The notes: generated by a model not told the origin, from the letters alone. Positions 10,227 through 20,264 are shown, counted from the stretch's first letter. The stretch: DNA of 64,000 bases from Patescibacteria group bacterium (GCA_038062955.1 JBBTWE010000001.1:253925-317924), one strand, 5' to 3'. Numbers and translations are program-made.

Positions 10227-11996
10227 TTATCGCTGTTCAAATTCTGGAATTGTAACAATTCGAACATGACAAACATCACTATTCACACATCCACTGCCTA
10301 CTGAATCACATATCCTGACATAAGCAGTTCTTGTGCCTAGAGTCGAATAGCTCTCTGGCCGAGATTGTCCATTTCCAAAACTATTTATATTATTATTTTG
10401 ATAAAACCAAGCATATGTGGATGGAAGGCTGACATTAAGATTATTCGACGGAGCCTGCCACGTTACACTTTGACCTATAAGAGCCATATTTGGTGAGACG
10501 GTGCATTCGTTAGGTGATGATGGGTTGTTAATTACGACATTGAAAAAAGCTTCTTTCTCATCTGGTGGGCCTGCGACTACGTTATCAACGGTCACTCTAA
10601 ATGTAATGGAATCAGTGCCAGAACGTACATAGCCAGGAGCAACTGCCACATCCATGGAAATACCAATATCGCAAGAAGCGCCTGGACACACTTCGCCACC
10701 ACCTTGAACATTACTAATCGTTATTCCTGGTATAGATGGAGAAGTTTGAGTAATACTTACGATTCTGACATCTTCAGCTGTGCCACGAGTATGATTAATC
10801 TCAACCACAGAGTTGACTGGCGTACTCCACTGCCCGGTTTGGGGAGGTGTAATTAACACTGACACCGGGTTCATTGCCACTGTGTAATCAAACTGATTTC
10901 CTCCAGTGCCAGATGAATCAACCGAAACAACAAAATCTATATTTTTAGCAGACGGAGAGCGGTTTGGATCAGGATGATTATCAACAGTTACTATAAATCT
11001 AATTAGATTTATAGTTGGGTTATTTGCTCTATAAGAGCCGTCAAATGTCAGATTAACTGAAATAGGAAGCGGCGTACAAGAAGCATTTGGACACACTGTA
11101 CCAATTCCTTGATAGGTAACACTTACGCCAGTTGGCCACTGATAGATTGGATTTGGAACAATATTTAAAATCTTAAGATCTTCAGCTGTACCGCTCGTAT
11201 GAGTAATCACCACAGAAGATGCGGCTGGCATTGTCCCAACCCAACTACTAGACGGAAATGCCAGTGGAACAAGGTTCGGATTGACGCTCGCCGTGTAATC
11301 AAAAATATTCGGTAAATTACATTGATTACCCGAAGCTAAAGTAACACCGTAATTCTGGCCATCACGAAAACTTATCCAACCAACCATATCTCCGCCCCAA
11401 GCCCAACCAGCCAATTCATTATTTGATGGAGCGTATGTAACACCATATTTTCCTGCACCTGTACCCCCACTTAAAGCTATCCAACCATCCCAGCCACCAC
11501 GATAATAAGCCGGTGCAAGCGTTCCAGTACAATCTGAAACAAAAACTGCACAAGCCCTAGCCCAACCAGTTACTTTATTATTAGTTTCGATTTTAGCGTT
11601 GTCCCTTGCAACATATCCACCTCCCGGGAAAGGACCAACTAGTCCTCCAAAACGTACCCAGCCAATGTCTGACGACCATGCGTAGCCGACCAAAGTGCCA
11701 TCATTATTTTTTACTACCCTGTAAGGAGTTCCGCTTGGGGTTGAACCACTAAAACTCAACCATCCCATGCCTTCCAATCTTTCCGAAAGAGGTCTGTCGC
11801 CTCCACCTGTTGTAATATAACCCCACTCCGGATTAGTGTACCCGGACCATGCCCATCCAAGTAAAGGACAAAGATTTGCTTGAGCGTTTGATTTAACAGG
11901 AGAAACAAAGAGAAAGCCTAGAGTTAAAACAATTAAAAAATTCAAAAAAATAAAATATTTTTTATTTGTTTGTATTTTATTTTTTAAATTTTTCAT
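10227..11996 (-). CDS. secreted W/G-rich repeat protein with Ig-like C-terminal domains
   Basis: Signal peptide MKNLKNKIQ..FLFVSPVKSNA. Repeated GWAWSG / GYAWSSDIGW motifs. Two repeated modules VVITHTSGTAEDLKI / VVEINHTRGTAEDVRI. Confidence 0.55.
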   Translation of the reverse strand: MKNLKNKIQTNKKYFIFLNFLIVLTLGFLFVSPVKSNAQANLCPLLGWAWSGYTNPEWGYITTGGGDRPLSERLEGMGWLSFSGSTPSGTPYRVVKNNDGTLVGYAWSSDIGWVRFGGLVGPFPGGGYVARDNAKIETNNKVTGWARACAVFVSDCTGTLAPAYYRGGWDGWIALSGGTGAGKYGVTYAPSNNELAGWAWGGDMVGWISFRDGQNYGVTLASGNQCNLPNIFDYTASVNPNLVPLAFPSSSWVGTMPAASSVVITHTSGTAEDLKILNIVPNPIYQWPTGVSVTYQGIGTVCPNASCTPLPISVNLTFDGSYRANNPTINLIRFIVTVDNHPDPNRSPSAKNIDFVVSVDSSGTGGNQFDYTVAMNPVSVLITPPQTGQWSTPVNSVVEINHTRGTAEDVRIVSITQTSPSIPGITISNVQGGGEVCPGASCDIGISMDVAVAPGYVRSGTDSITFRVTVDNVVAGPPDEKEAFFNVVINNPSSPNECTVSPNMALIGQSVTWQAPSNNLNVSLPSTYAWFYQNNNINSFGNGQSRPESYSTLGTRTAYVRICDSVGSGCVNSDVCHVRIVTIPEFEQR

Positions 11997-12049
11997 TTTA
12001 ATCTTTGAGTGTTGGTTTAGAAAAGAAATAAATTTACCTTTTTAGATTG

Positions 12050-13171
12050 TTATTGTCCCAACCAAACAGCTGTAATTCCTTTTATATATGGTGGAGTGAT
12101 GGAGGTATTATCAGTATTTTCCACAGAAATATTAAATTGATTATGCCAAATACGAATAATCCTAGTGACAGAAAACGGATCAGTCCCATCAGGATTATCC
12201 TTTGTTTCAAAAAGAATATCCTCACTAAATGGATTTCCGAAGTTACCTCCTGCACCTCCGTCCCAAAACATTCTAATTCTGGTTGCCTTAGAACAAGAAT
12301 CGCAAGTATTTCCTGTCGTGCCCCAGACTGTTACCTGCCACAAACCAGGCTGGAGGAAATTAAGTGGATTAGTCTGACCTGTAACAGTAGTAGTAATTCC
12401 TAGAGGAGAACTGAAATTAACAAGTGATTTATGAAAAGTATATGAGGCTTGTTGAGTAGGAGTGTTTACCCACACCGCTTCTCCCTCATAATCGAGCGAG
12501 GATAGATAAGTATCTGGATATGGTTTACCACCCATAATTCTTATCCTACCAAGAGTATAAAGAGAAACTTCTGGTGAATTAATAGTGCCACTACCGATTC
12601 GGACAGTACTACCTGGCCCACGAGGAATATCAATGGTGTATTCGGGATTCAGTGTCCCAATACCAATTCTTGCATCCGGGGAGTCAGCAATAATCGATGT
12701 GCCTAGTCCTACTTCGGAATTCCCTGGTCCTTCTAGGCGAATAGCTGATTGTTGTGGGTTTGCCCTATCTTTAAAGATATGTAGTATGCCTGGGATGCCT
12801 GGGATGGTTGCGGGATTTTTATTTCCGATCAATAAACCTTTATATGGAATAGTTACGGCAAAAGGAGGTATGGTGTTTGGAACCGGAACAAGATCATGCG
12901 TGTCTAGGTGCAGTGGACCATTTTTTATTTGAGGAGAATCACTAACATTCAAAGGTACACCCACGTTTTTTAACAGAGGATTGGGGGGGAGAAAAGATAG
13001 AGGTGGTGGAGTCCAAGGATGTGGTGATGTAAACCATGGGTTAGAAGGTGTCAAAAGCCAAGGATACACATTCCAATGTGTTGCCAATACATCTTGAGTA
13101 GAAACAGCGATCATCAAAGAAAGAATGATGATCTTAGAGACCGAAAGAAAGTTTTGTTTTAAATTTTTCAA
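12050..13171 (-). CDS. secreted paralog 1 of MKNLKQ-family surface proteins (TTG start)
   Basis: Conserved signal peptide. Shares PEYTIDIP, LQPGxW, GTTGNTCDSCS with the next two genes. Confidence 0.6.
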   Translation of the reverse strand: MKNLKQNFLSVSKIIILSLMIAVSTQDVLATHWNVYPWLLTPSNPWFTSPHPWTPPPLSFLPPNPLLKNVGVPLNVSDSPQIKNGPLHLDTHDLVPVPNTIPPFAVTIPYKGLLIGNKNPATIPGIPGILHIFKDRANPQQSAIRLEGPGNSEVGLGTSIIADSPDARIGIGTLNPEYTIDIPRGPGSTVRIGSGTINSPEVSLYTLGRIRIMGGKPYPDTYLSSLDYEGEAVWVNTPTQQASYTFHKSLVNFSSPLGITTTVTGQTNPLNFLQPGLWQVTVWGTTGNTCDSCSKATRIRMFWDGGAGGNFGNPFSEDILFETKDNPDGTDPFSVTRIIRIWHNQFNISVENTDNTSITPPYIKGITAVWLGQ

Positions 13172-13222
13172 TTTTTTGTTTTAAATTTATTCTAAACACT
13201 ATGACTTTCTACAAAAAGTTTT

Positions 13223-14293
13223 TTAACTTCCTATCAAATACCCGCTAATACCATTTATAGTTGGCGCATTGATTCCGCCTCCTCCACCATTATCATTCAC
13301 AGAAAAATTTAAGCCAGGATTGCCAGGCAGTACTCTAACAACCAGAGAAATAGAATATGGAGCAGTGCCGTGTGTAGGGGTTTCTATTCGAAAAGATCTA
13401 CCATCTGGAGTTGGCATCTGATTGTTCGAAACTTCGATAGTTACTGTAGTGTTTGGAGAGTATGCCGCTCCGGTAGTGCCAAAAACCGTAATATACCAAT
13501 AGCCCGGCTCAAGATTGCTGGTTGAATAATTATTATTGTTAACCCCCTGTCCCCAAGATTCATCGATAGTATGAAGCGCAGAAGAAGGAATCATGTTTGG
13601 ATCTGGAATAATGCGTGGACGGCCTGTTGCTGTCCATGATCCTGTTCCGTCGGCATCCACTGATTGTAAATAAGCATCAACTAAAGGTATGGGAAAAGGA
13701 TTACCTGTATCCATAATTTGCAACGTGCCAGAAGTTTGAAGAGAAACTCCAGACGGAACAGTGCCACCGCCAATTCGCATAACAGGGTTCCCTTGCGGAA
13801 TATCGATGGTATATTCCGGATTTAAGGCTGGGTCTGTTCCAATGCCAATCATTGTCCATTGAGTTGGAGTGACCAATGCTGGACCTGCCCCTTCCACACG
13901 AATAGCAGGTCGTTGTAAATTTGCCGGATCTTTATAAATATGGAATTGAGGACGAGATGAGGTTGAAATGGTTTCAGGATCTCTATTCCCGAGCAATACG
14001 CCTCCATTATTAACACCCATCGCATTCCCATGAATAATACTGAAACCAAAAGATGATGAAACATACGGAAATTCAGTTCTGACATTGTTTGCATTTATAA
14101 GTAGTGGCCCATCTTTTATTTGCGGCGTACTTCCTGTATTTAAAGGCAATGCTATGTTCCCGCCCGGAAAAGCAACTGTTACAGGTGCCGAAGAAGTCGG
14201 CTGTGCCAAAGTATGCGCAGTAACAAAACTAATCACTAAAAAAAGAATGATTATTTTTGCAATCGACAGAATTTTTTGCTTTAAATTTTTCAA
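13223..14293 (-). CDS. secreted paralog 2 of MKNLKQ-family (TTG start)
   Basis: Signal peptide ends ..AHTLA-QP. LPLNTGSTPQIKDGPLLINANNV and NPEYTIDIPQG are shared with the other paralogs. Confidence 0.6.
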   Translation of the reverse strand: MKNLKQKILSIAKIIILFLVISFVTAHTLAQPTSSAPVTVAFPGGNIALPLNTGSTPQIKDGPLLINANNVRTEFPYVSSSFGFSIIHGNAMGVNNGGVLLGNRDPETISTSSRPQFHIYKDPANLQRPAIRVEGAGPALVTPTQWTMIGIGTDPALNPEYTIDIPQGNPVMRIGGGTVPSGVSLQTSGTLQIMDTGNPFPIPLVDAYLQSVDADGTGSWTATGRPRIIPDPNMIPSSALHTIDESWGQGVNNNNYSTSNLEPGYWYITVFGTTGAAYSPNTTVTIEVSNNQMPTPDGRSFRIETPTHGTAPYSISLVVRVLPGNPGLNFSVNDNGGGGGINAPTINGISGYLIGS

Positions 14294-14307
14294 TTTTTTG
14301 TCTTAAA

Positions 14308-15447
14308 TTAATATTGCGTCCAATATGCGCTAACTCCGTTTATAAGTGGTTCTGCCGTGCCAGAAATGTTATCCGTAACACTGACTGTTATTTTGCCGTA
14401 GTTTAAGTTGGTATTTTGGGGAACATAAACAATCCTAGTAATAGAAAACTCCGCATTTCCATCTGGATGATCTCTTATGAAAAAAGGGGTATCGACAGTT
14501 CCAAGTGAACCATTCGCGCCAAGTCTCATTGAAACAGTAACTGTGTAAGAGCAAGTATCACAGGCATTTCCAATAGTACCAAAAGCCGTCACGTGCCAAA
14601 AACCCGGTTGTAGAAAGTTAAGTGGATCGGGCGAAATAGACGCGGTGGAAGCGACTCCACTTTCCGAGAATGCTTCAGGCCAACTAACATACTGAAGCAA
14701 GGAAGGGTTGTGGTTATATAAAGATCGCCTTGCATGATACGGAACCTTCCAAAGTGTTTCTCCGGTCCCATTCAAAGTGGCCAGATAAGCGCCAGGGAAT
14801 GGACCGGCAAAATCAGTGGATGGACCATTGCCGTCATATTGATTGCCACTATCGAGAGATGGACCACCTCCCATTATTTTTACTCGACCGTTAACTTGAA
14901 GAGAGACTTCATCGTCCTGTAGACTACCATTTGGCTCATCACCACCAAGCCGAACGATCGGGATACTGATGTTGTTAGGAGTTATATTTCCCCAAGGTAT
15001 ATCAACAGTGTAATTCGGATTTAATGTTCCAATACCTATTTTTGCATCTGCAGAGTCGGTAACAAGTGCCGGACCAGACCCCTCAATACGAATAAATATC
15101 CGTCGGTAGGTATTGTGAAAAATATGCAACAATCCTTGTGGGGCAGTAACGGTATCAATCTGTGCCAAAACAGTGCTAATCAACATGCCCCAATAAGGAA
15201 TGGTTAAGCCGAAATATTGGGCAACATTGTTTGCGTTTATAAGTAGTGCCCCATCTTTTAATTGAGGAGAAGAACCGGTATTTAACGGCAGATCTATTCT
15301 TTCTACGGCTACAAATGGATCTTCTGGAGGAGGAGTTGATGTAGGTGGAACCCACTGCGCAGAAGTTTGCCCAGCAAAAATGCTAATCATAAGGGAAAGA
15401 ACGATGATTTTTGTGACCGACAGAATTTTTTGTTTTAAATTTTTCAA
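14308..15447 (-). CDS. secreted paralog 3 of MKNLKQ-family (TTG start)
   Basis: LPLNTGSSPQLKDGALLINANNV, NPNYTVDIP, LQPGFWHVTAFGTIGNACDTCS. Confidence 0.6.
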   Translation of the reverse strand: MKNLKQKILSVTKIIVLSLMISIFAGQTSAQWVPPTSTPPPEDPFVAVERIDLPLNTGSSPQLKDGALLINANNVAQYFGLTIPYWGMLISTVLAQIDTVTAPQGLLHIFHNTYRRIFIRIEGSGPALVTDSADAKIGIGTLNPNYTVDIPWGNITPNNISIPIVRLGGDEPNGSLQDDEVSLQVNGRVKIMGGGPSLDSGNQYDGNGPSTDFAGPFPGAYLATLNGTGETLWKVPYHARRSLYNHNPSLLQYVSWPEAFSESGVASTASISPDPLNFLQPGFWHVTAFGTIGNACDTCSYTVTVSMRLGANGSLGTVDTPFFIRDHPDGNAEFSITRIVYVPQNTNLNYGKITVSVTDNISGTAEPLINGVSAYWTQY

Positions 15448-15518
15448 TTTTTTGTTTTAAATCCACGAATGAGAAGATGTTTTCTGAAAATCTCTATTCA
15501 GCAGGTTCATCTTCTATT

Positions 15519-15758
15519 TTATATAGCAGAATCGAAAAAAGCTTGTTTTTCTTCATCGGTCATACCAACGGCATTTTTTTGAAGTTCTTGATTAAGAAAA
15601 TTTTCTCTTTCAGTTTCAGTCAAACCTTGCGAAGCATTCTTGCTAAAGAAAAAAGAAATTAGAAAAGCCACTACAACAATCAAAATAATCACTCCCACAA
15701 TACGAAAAAAATGTTTGGAGATTGAGAAATTGTGATTTTGAATATTTTCTGGAGGCAT
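15519..15758 (-). CDS. small single-TM membrane protein at the head of the paralog array
   Basis: 79-aa ORF with one hydrophobic helix IVGVIILIVVVAFLISFFF. Confidence 0.35.
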   Translation of the reverse strand: MPPENIQNHNFSISKHFFRIVGVIILIVVVAFLISFFFSKNASQGLTETERENFLNQELQKNAVGMTDEEKQAFFDSAI

Positions 15759-15968
15759 TGAATATTAATTTAGATTCCCCATTTAAGAATATTATACTAC
15801 AAGCGGTCATGTTTATAAAGATAATGTGGATAACTCCAACACCTTTCAAGGTATTGCAACCAATTTTCAAAATAACTGATTTTGTGATAAATTTATTCTG
15901 GCTAGCGAGCGGAATTTATAGAACCAAATTATCAACAATTATTTTTAGCTTAATTTTTTTTCTTTAAT

Positions 15969-16667
15969 ATGGAAAATAATAAAACAAGCGGTGGTGGTTT
16001 TAAAGTCATTAGTTTAATCGTGGTTTTGGTAGCCGTTATTTTAATCATTGTATTTTTAATGCCACAAACAAAGAATGTGGTGGCGGAAGTAAATGGAGCG
16101 CAAATCACACAGAGTGATTTAGATAAAAAGGTAGTAAAGACAAAAGATTTTCTAAAGGGAAATGGGAACACCGACGTGCTTACAGCCCAACAAGAAATAG
16201 ACCTCAAAAAGAATGTTTTGGAAGGTATGATAACTGAAAAACTGGTAGCGGATTATGCGACAGAAAATAATATTGCGGTTACAAATGCAGAATTAGAAGT
16301 AGAGTTTGCAAAAGTGGTTACTTCAGCTGGTGGTGAGGCGGGTTTGGAAACTCAACTCAAGAACTTTAATATAACCAAAGCCCAACTTAACGAAGATATC
16401 CGTTCCGCTTTGATTTTTAACAAGTCCGTAGAAAAATACGTTGGAGCAGAAAAATTACTAGTAACTGAAGCAGAAGCATTGGACACTTACAACACTTTAG
16501 TTAAAGAGGCAAAGGCGGAAGTCCCTCCCTCAACAGAAGCAATCCCTTCGTTTGAAGATGCAAAAGTCTTACTTATGGAACAATTAAGAGGACAGAAGAT
16601 CAACGTCGAGTCACAAAGTTTTGTTGAATTTCTTCGAGGGAAAGCTACGATAAAAAACCTTTTGTAA
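15969..16667 (+). CDS. SurA/PpiD N-terminal chaperone-domain protein, membrane anchored
   Basis: N-terminal TM followed by VAEVNGAQITQSDLDKKV, which is typical of SurA_N/PpiD-like domains. Confidence 0.5.
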   Translation: MENNKTSGGGFKVISLIVVLVAVILIIVFLMPQTKNVVAEVNGAQITQSDLDKKVVKTKDFLKGNGNTDVLTAQQEIDLKKNVLEGMITEKLVADYATENNIAVTNAELEVEFAKVVTSAGGEAGLETQLKNFNITKAQLNEDIRSALIFNKSVEKYVGAEKLLVTEAEALDTYNTLVKEAKAEVPPSTEAIPSFEDAKVLLMEQLRGQKINVESQSFVEFLRGKATIKNLL

Positions 16668-16695
16668 GAGACTATAGAAAAAATGTAATTTAAAA

Positions 16696-16730
16696 AAACC
16701 CGCCATTTCGGCGGGTTTTTTAAATTATAT
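16696..16730. terminator. bidirectional rho-independent terminator
   Basis: aaaaaaacccgccatttcggcgggtttttt lies between two convergent genes. Confidence 0.8.
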
Positions 16731-16733
16731 TTT

Positions 16734-17024
16734 TTAGTATTCTTTTCGGAAACTAGAACTTCCTCCACGTGGTCGTTCTTCTTTTGCGCGAGCTTCGTCA
16801 ACGGTGATTTTTCTTCCTTCCATTTCTTTGCCGTTAAACATTTGAATCGCTGTCTTAGCTTCTTCATCGGATGCCATTTCAACGAAACCAAACCCTTTTG
16901 AACGACCTGACATTTTGTCAGAAATGATTGTTGCGGAAGCAACTTTTCCAGCTTTTGAAAAAAAAGCGGATAAATCGTTTTCAGTGGTGCTGTATGGCAG
17001 ACCACCTACATATAACTTTTTCAT
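16734..17024 (-). CDS. RRM-type RNA-binding protein
   Basis: RNP-2 motif LYVGGL and RNP-1 motif KGFGFVEM, plus an RGG-like tail. Start set at MKKLYVGG. Confidence 0.8.
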   Translation of the reverse strand: MKKLYVGGLPYSTTENDLSAFFSKAGKVASATIISDKMSGRSKGFGFVEMASDEEAKTAIQMFNGKEMEGRKITVDEARAKEERPRGGSSSFRKEY

Positions 17025-17147
17025 TATTATAGAGAACTTTGTTTGTCTTATAAATGAGGTCAGAAACCCCAAGTAAGTCGATCGAACCTTTAACGCTTAC
17101 TTGCTTAAAAAATTACACAAAAACCCTCAAAAAGTCAAACCATGAAT

Positions 17148-17471
17148 TTATCTCACAACACTTCCAGGTAATATTTCTTCGGAAGGATGAAGCAGGACAA
17201 CTTTGCTGTCCGAACTTGTTGCAAGAATCATTCCCTGACTTTCTAATCCCATAATCATGCGTGGTTCTAAATTAGTCAAAACGGGTACTTGCTTGCCAAC
17301 TAAAATTTGTGGATCATCAAATGACTCGCCAATTCCAGAGAGAATTTGCCTAGTTTCGTTTCCAAAATCAACTATAAGTTTGAGTAACTTAGTGCTTTTC
17401 TCAACTTTCTCTGCAGAAATAATCTTACCGATTTTAATTTCTAATTTTTTAAAATCTTCGATAGAAATCAT
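17148..17471 (-). CDS. tRNA-binding domain protein (CsaA/EMAP-like)
   Basis: MISIEDFKKLEIKIGKII..KLLKL.VDFG is the OB-fold tRNA-binding signature. Start set at MISIED so the gene does not overlap typA. Confidence 0.65.
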   Translation of the reverse strand: MISIEDFKKLEIKIGKIISAEKVEKSTKLLKLIVDFGNETRQILSGIGESFDDPQILVGKQVPVLTNLEPRMIMGLESQGMILATSSDSKVVLLHPSEEILPGSVVR

Positions 17472-17481
17472 ATGATTAGAT

Positions 17482-19278
17482 TTACTCTTTTCTTCTTGCT
17501 CTTGATCGGTCAGTATCACTTAAATACTGCTTTCTTAGTCTCACACTCTTGGGAGTTACTTCCAAATATTCATCGTCTGCCATTATTTCAAGTCCTCGCT
17601 CAAGCGTAATTGGCACCGGAGGGGCGAGCATAATATTTTCATCAGACCCACTTGCGCGCATGTTGGTGAGTTGCTTTCCTTTAGTGGGATTCACAGTCAT
17701 CTCTTCACCTTTTGAAGTATTACCAATAACCATTCCTTCGTAAACTTCTTCAGTTGGTCCGATATATAAAGTGCCTCGATTTTGAAGATTGTCCAAAGAG
17801 AATCCAAGAGCTTTGCCGGTCGCTTGTGAAATCATTGAGCCAACACTTCTCTTTTTAATCTCTCCAAAATATGGACGAAAACCAAGCACTCGGCTTGCCA
17901 TAATTCCCTCTCCTTTTGTATCGACTATAAACTGCCCACGGAAACCCAAAATGCCTCTAGTTGGACCTTCAAAGGTGAGTCTTACGCGTGATCCGTCCGG
18001 CTTCATATTTGTCATCATTACCCCTCTCTTTGATAGATTTTCGATAATACCTCCCTGCATTGATTCTGGAACTTCGATAGTCACCTCCTCAAACGGTTCA
18101 CTTTTCACACCATCAATATCTTTGATAATAACTTGTGGTTGAGATACCTGCATTTCATAACCTTCTCGGCGCATGTTTTCAAGCAAAATAGCGATGTGCA
18201 TTTCTCCACGGCCGTACACTCTCATATCGTCACCTGAAAAGTCCACCCGTAACCCGACGTTGATTTCAAGTTCTTTTTCGAGCCTTTCTCTTATCTGCCT
18301 GCTAGTAACGAATTTTCCTTCTTTGCCGGCAAAAGGCGAATTATTAACCAAAAAATTAAGAGCGATGGTTGGTTCATCAACCTTTATCACTGGAAGAATT
18401 TCTGTATCTTGCGAATCGGTTATGGTATCGCCAATATAAATCTCTGGTAGACCAGCGAGCATAGCAATATCCCCTGCTTCAGCTTCCGCAACTTCTTTTC
18501 TGGAAGTTCCTTCAAAAGTAAAAATCTTGGTTATTTTTTCTTCTTTTATTTCACCCCCAAGTTTCTTTACAAAAACTTTAGATCCGACTTTTACAGTTCC
18601 TTCGTAAATACGACAAATCGCGAGTCTCCCCAAGAAATTATCGTATCCCAGATTAAAAGGCTGGGCTTTAAGCGGCGCGGTTTTTGATGCATTAGCTGGT
18701 GCGACTTTTTCAAGGATGGTATCCAAAAGTGGCGACATATCTTTCTTTTCGTCCGAAAGTTTCTTCATAGTAACCCCTTGTTTTCCAATCGCATATACGG
18801 TTACAAAATCTAATTGTTCTTCATTTGCTCCAAGTTCAAAAAAGAGTTCCAAAACTTCATTGTGAGCTCTTTCTGGGTCAGCGGCCGGTTTATCTATTTT
18901 ATTTAAAACGACTATTGGTTTGTGTCCGATTTCAAGTGATTTTTTCAAAACGAATCTAGTTTGTGGCATCGGCCCTTCTTGAGCGTCAACAACAAGAACA
19001 ACTGAATCAATTGATTTTAAAACTCGTTCAACTTCGGATCCGAAATCAGCATGTCCCGGAGTGTCAACGATATTTATTTTAGTGCCTTTGTAGATTATCG
19101 AAGCATTTTTGGCATAAATAGTAATACCACGCTCTCTTTCAAGAGAATTTGAATCCATACTGCCTCCTTCCGGCGACATACCGGTTTGCTTCATGATGGC
19201 ATCAGTGATGGTGGTTTTGCCGTGATCTACGTGGGCTATGATTGCTATATTTCTAATTTCCATAGTGTCAACTTTCAT
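17482..19278 (-). CDS. typA: translational GTPase TypA/BipA
   Basis: [22 protein letters not shown] and NKIDK, at EF-G-like length. An alternative start MEIRN lies 15 bp downstream. Confidence 0.9.
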   Translation of the reverse strand: MKVDTMEIRNIAIIAHVDHGKTTITDAIMKQTGMSPEGGSMDSNSLERERGITIYAKNASIIYKGTKINIVDTPGHADFGSEVERVLKSIDSVVLVVDAQEGPMPQTRFVLKKSLEIGHKPIVVLNKIDKPAADPERAHNEVLELFFELGANEEQLDFVTVYAIGKQGVTMKKLSDEKKDMSPLLDTILEKVAPANASKTAPLKAQPFNLGYDNFLGRLAICRIYEGTVKVGSKVFVKKLGGEIKEEKITKIFTFEGTSRKEVAEAEAGDIAMLAGLPEIYIGDTITDSQDTEILPVIKVDEPTIALNFLVNNSPFAGKEGKFVTSRQIRERLEKELEINVGLRVDFSGDDMRVYGRGEMHIAILLENMRREGYEMQVSQPQVIIKDIDGVKSEPFEEVTIEVPESMQGGIIENLSKRGVMMTNMKPDGSRVRLTFEGPTRGILGFRGQFIVDTKGEGIMASRVLGFRPYFGEIKKRSVGSMISQATGKALGFSLDNLQNRGTLYIGPTEEVYEGMVIGNTSKGEEMTVNPTKGKQLTNMRASGSDENIMLAPPVPITLERGLEIMADDEYLEVTPKSVRLRKQYLSDTDRSRARRKE

Positions 19279-19389
19279 ATTTGGCCAATTTGCTTGCTAA
19301 AATTTCCGTGTCTCACTTCATCGTATTATTAAATACGTCTCGTTTCGATACTCAATTTTATTAAACAACTTGTCTCAAATCTGAAAGTT
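19279..19389. repeat. 111-bp element, left copy of an inverted duplicate pair (carries the typA promoter and leader)
   Basis: Reverse complement matches 48613-48723 with a single mismatch. Contains the palindrome CGTATTtaatAATACG. Confidence 0.85.
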
Positions 19390-19409
19390 TCAGTTTAAGC
19401 TCTATATTT

Positions 19410-19436
19410 AAAACAAAAGCCCACGTTCTGTGGGTA
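19410..19436 (-). terminator. rho-independent terminator
   Basis: On the minus strand: ACCCACagaacGTGGGC followed by TTTTGTTTT. Confidence 0.6.
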
Positions 19437-19513
19437 GATCCAATATAACACGGATTTATAAAATTTAAAAGGTAAAAAGAAAGAGCGGCCATCACTGGTC
19501 GCCCCCAAACACC

Positions 19514-19618
19514 TCAAGCAACCCCTTCAGAATCTTTGTCATCATCATAAATCACCCAAAAGAAAGCCCCGAAGAAGACAGCGAGAGCTCCGATCAAAAG
19601 CCACCACACCATGTCCAT
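19514..19618 (-). CDS. candidate 34-aa hydrophobic peptide (MDMVWWLLIGALAVFFGAFFWVIYDDDKDSEGVA)
   Basis: GC-rich islet with promoter TTGACC-17-TATGTT and GGAG 3 nt before the ATG. Too short to appear in the ORF track. Confidence 0.3.
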   Translation of the reverse strand: MDMVWWLLIGALAVFFGAFFWVIYDDDKDSEGVA

Positions 19619-19661
19619 TACTCCAGTAGGCAGAAGTAGAATGTGAGGAACAACCACCTAA

Positions 19662-19690
19662 AACATACTACTTCAGAATATATGGGTCAA
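19662..19690 (-). promoter_or_regulatory. sigma70-like promoter TTGACC-17-TATGTT
   Basis: Reverse complement reads ttgacccatatattctgaagtagtatgtt. Confidence 0.4.
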
Positions 19691-19697
19691 ACTATAT

Positions 19698-20111
19698 CTA
19701 CTTCCACAAGGCTAAAATTAGGACCATCACAAACAAAGAAATCAATTGATAAGCGGCGTTAAGTACAAAAAGCTTAATCGGTTTATTCTCCCAGAGGAAA
19801 CTTCCAATGCAAATTGGCACCATAATTCCTAACCAAATCCAAAACGCTAGTGACCAAGATGTTCCAGCATCTACCGCCCCTAACAAAACAACAAAATGAG
19901 CTACTACGTATGATTGAAGAAGTGTGAACAGAAAACCAAGAGTCATTGCTCGAGCGGGAGTGAGACTCATCGATTTCATACCATCTTTTGTAATACCCAT
20001 AAGAGCCATCCACTTTTTTCCAAATAAAGGTCCGTACCAAATTCCACCAATAACAAACGAAACAATGGCAGATACCAATACTGCCCAGTAATTTATTATA
20101 AGATTATCCAT
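19698..20111 (-). CDS. multi-TM membrane protein, DUF1761-like
   Basis: 137 aa with 4 predicted helices and a W-rich motif GGIWYGPLFGKKW. Confidence 0.4.
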   Translation of the reverse strand: MDNLIINYWAVLVSAIVSFVIGGIWYGPLFGKKWMALMGITKDGMKSMSLTPARAMTLGFLFTLLQSYVVAHFVVLLGAVDAGTSWSLAFWIWLGIMVPICIGSFLWENKPIKLFVLNAAYQLISLFVMVLILALWK

Positions 20112-20264
20112 AAAATTCTTAATTAAATTTATAAAATCTTAAACAATTTCAACACTTTGATTATAAGAGATATCAATACTATGAACAACATCATTGTCCA
20201 CCGGCAAATATACAAAAAATACCCCGACTTGAAGTATTTTTGAAAGAATTTTAAACAAGAATGT

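Noticed and set aside
12047-12403. Plus-strand ORFs inside the secreted paralog genes, and the similar shadow ORFs at 1360-2034, 3839-4327, 9382-9715, 17549-18439, 26096-27496 and others
   Set aside because: They are fully contained antisense or out-of-frame within longer ORFs that have clear homology, and they have no start context.
10227-15447. Diversity-generating retroelement (DGR) targeting the secreted paralogs
   Set aside because: No reverse transcriptase gene, no template repeat matching a C-terminal variable region, and no A-specific substitution pattern are visible in this window. It remains testable genome-wide.
17482-17519. Overlap of the tRNA-binding-protein ORF with the typA 3' end
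   Set aside because: Resolved by using the internal start MISIEDF (17471), which fits the conserved domain boundary.
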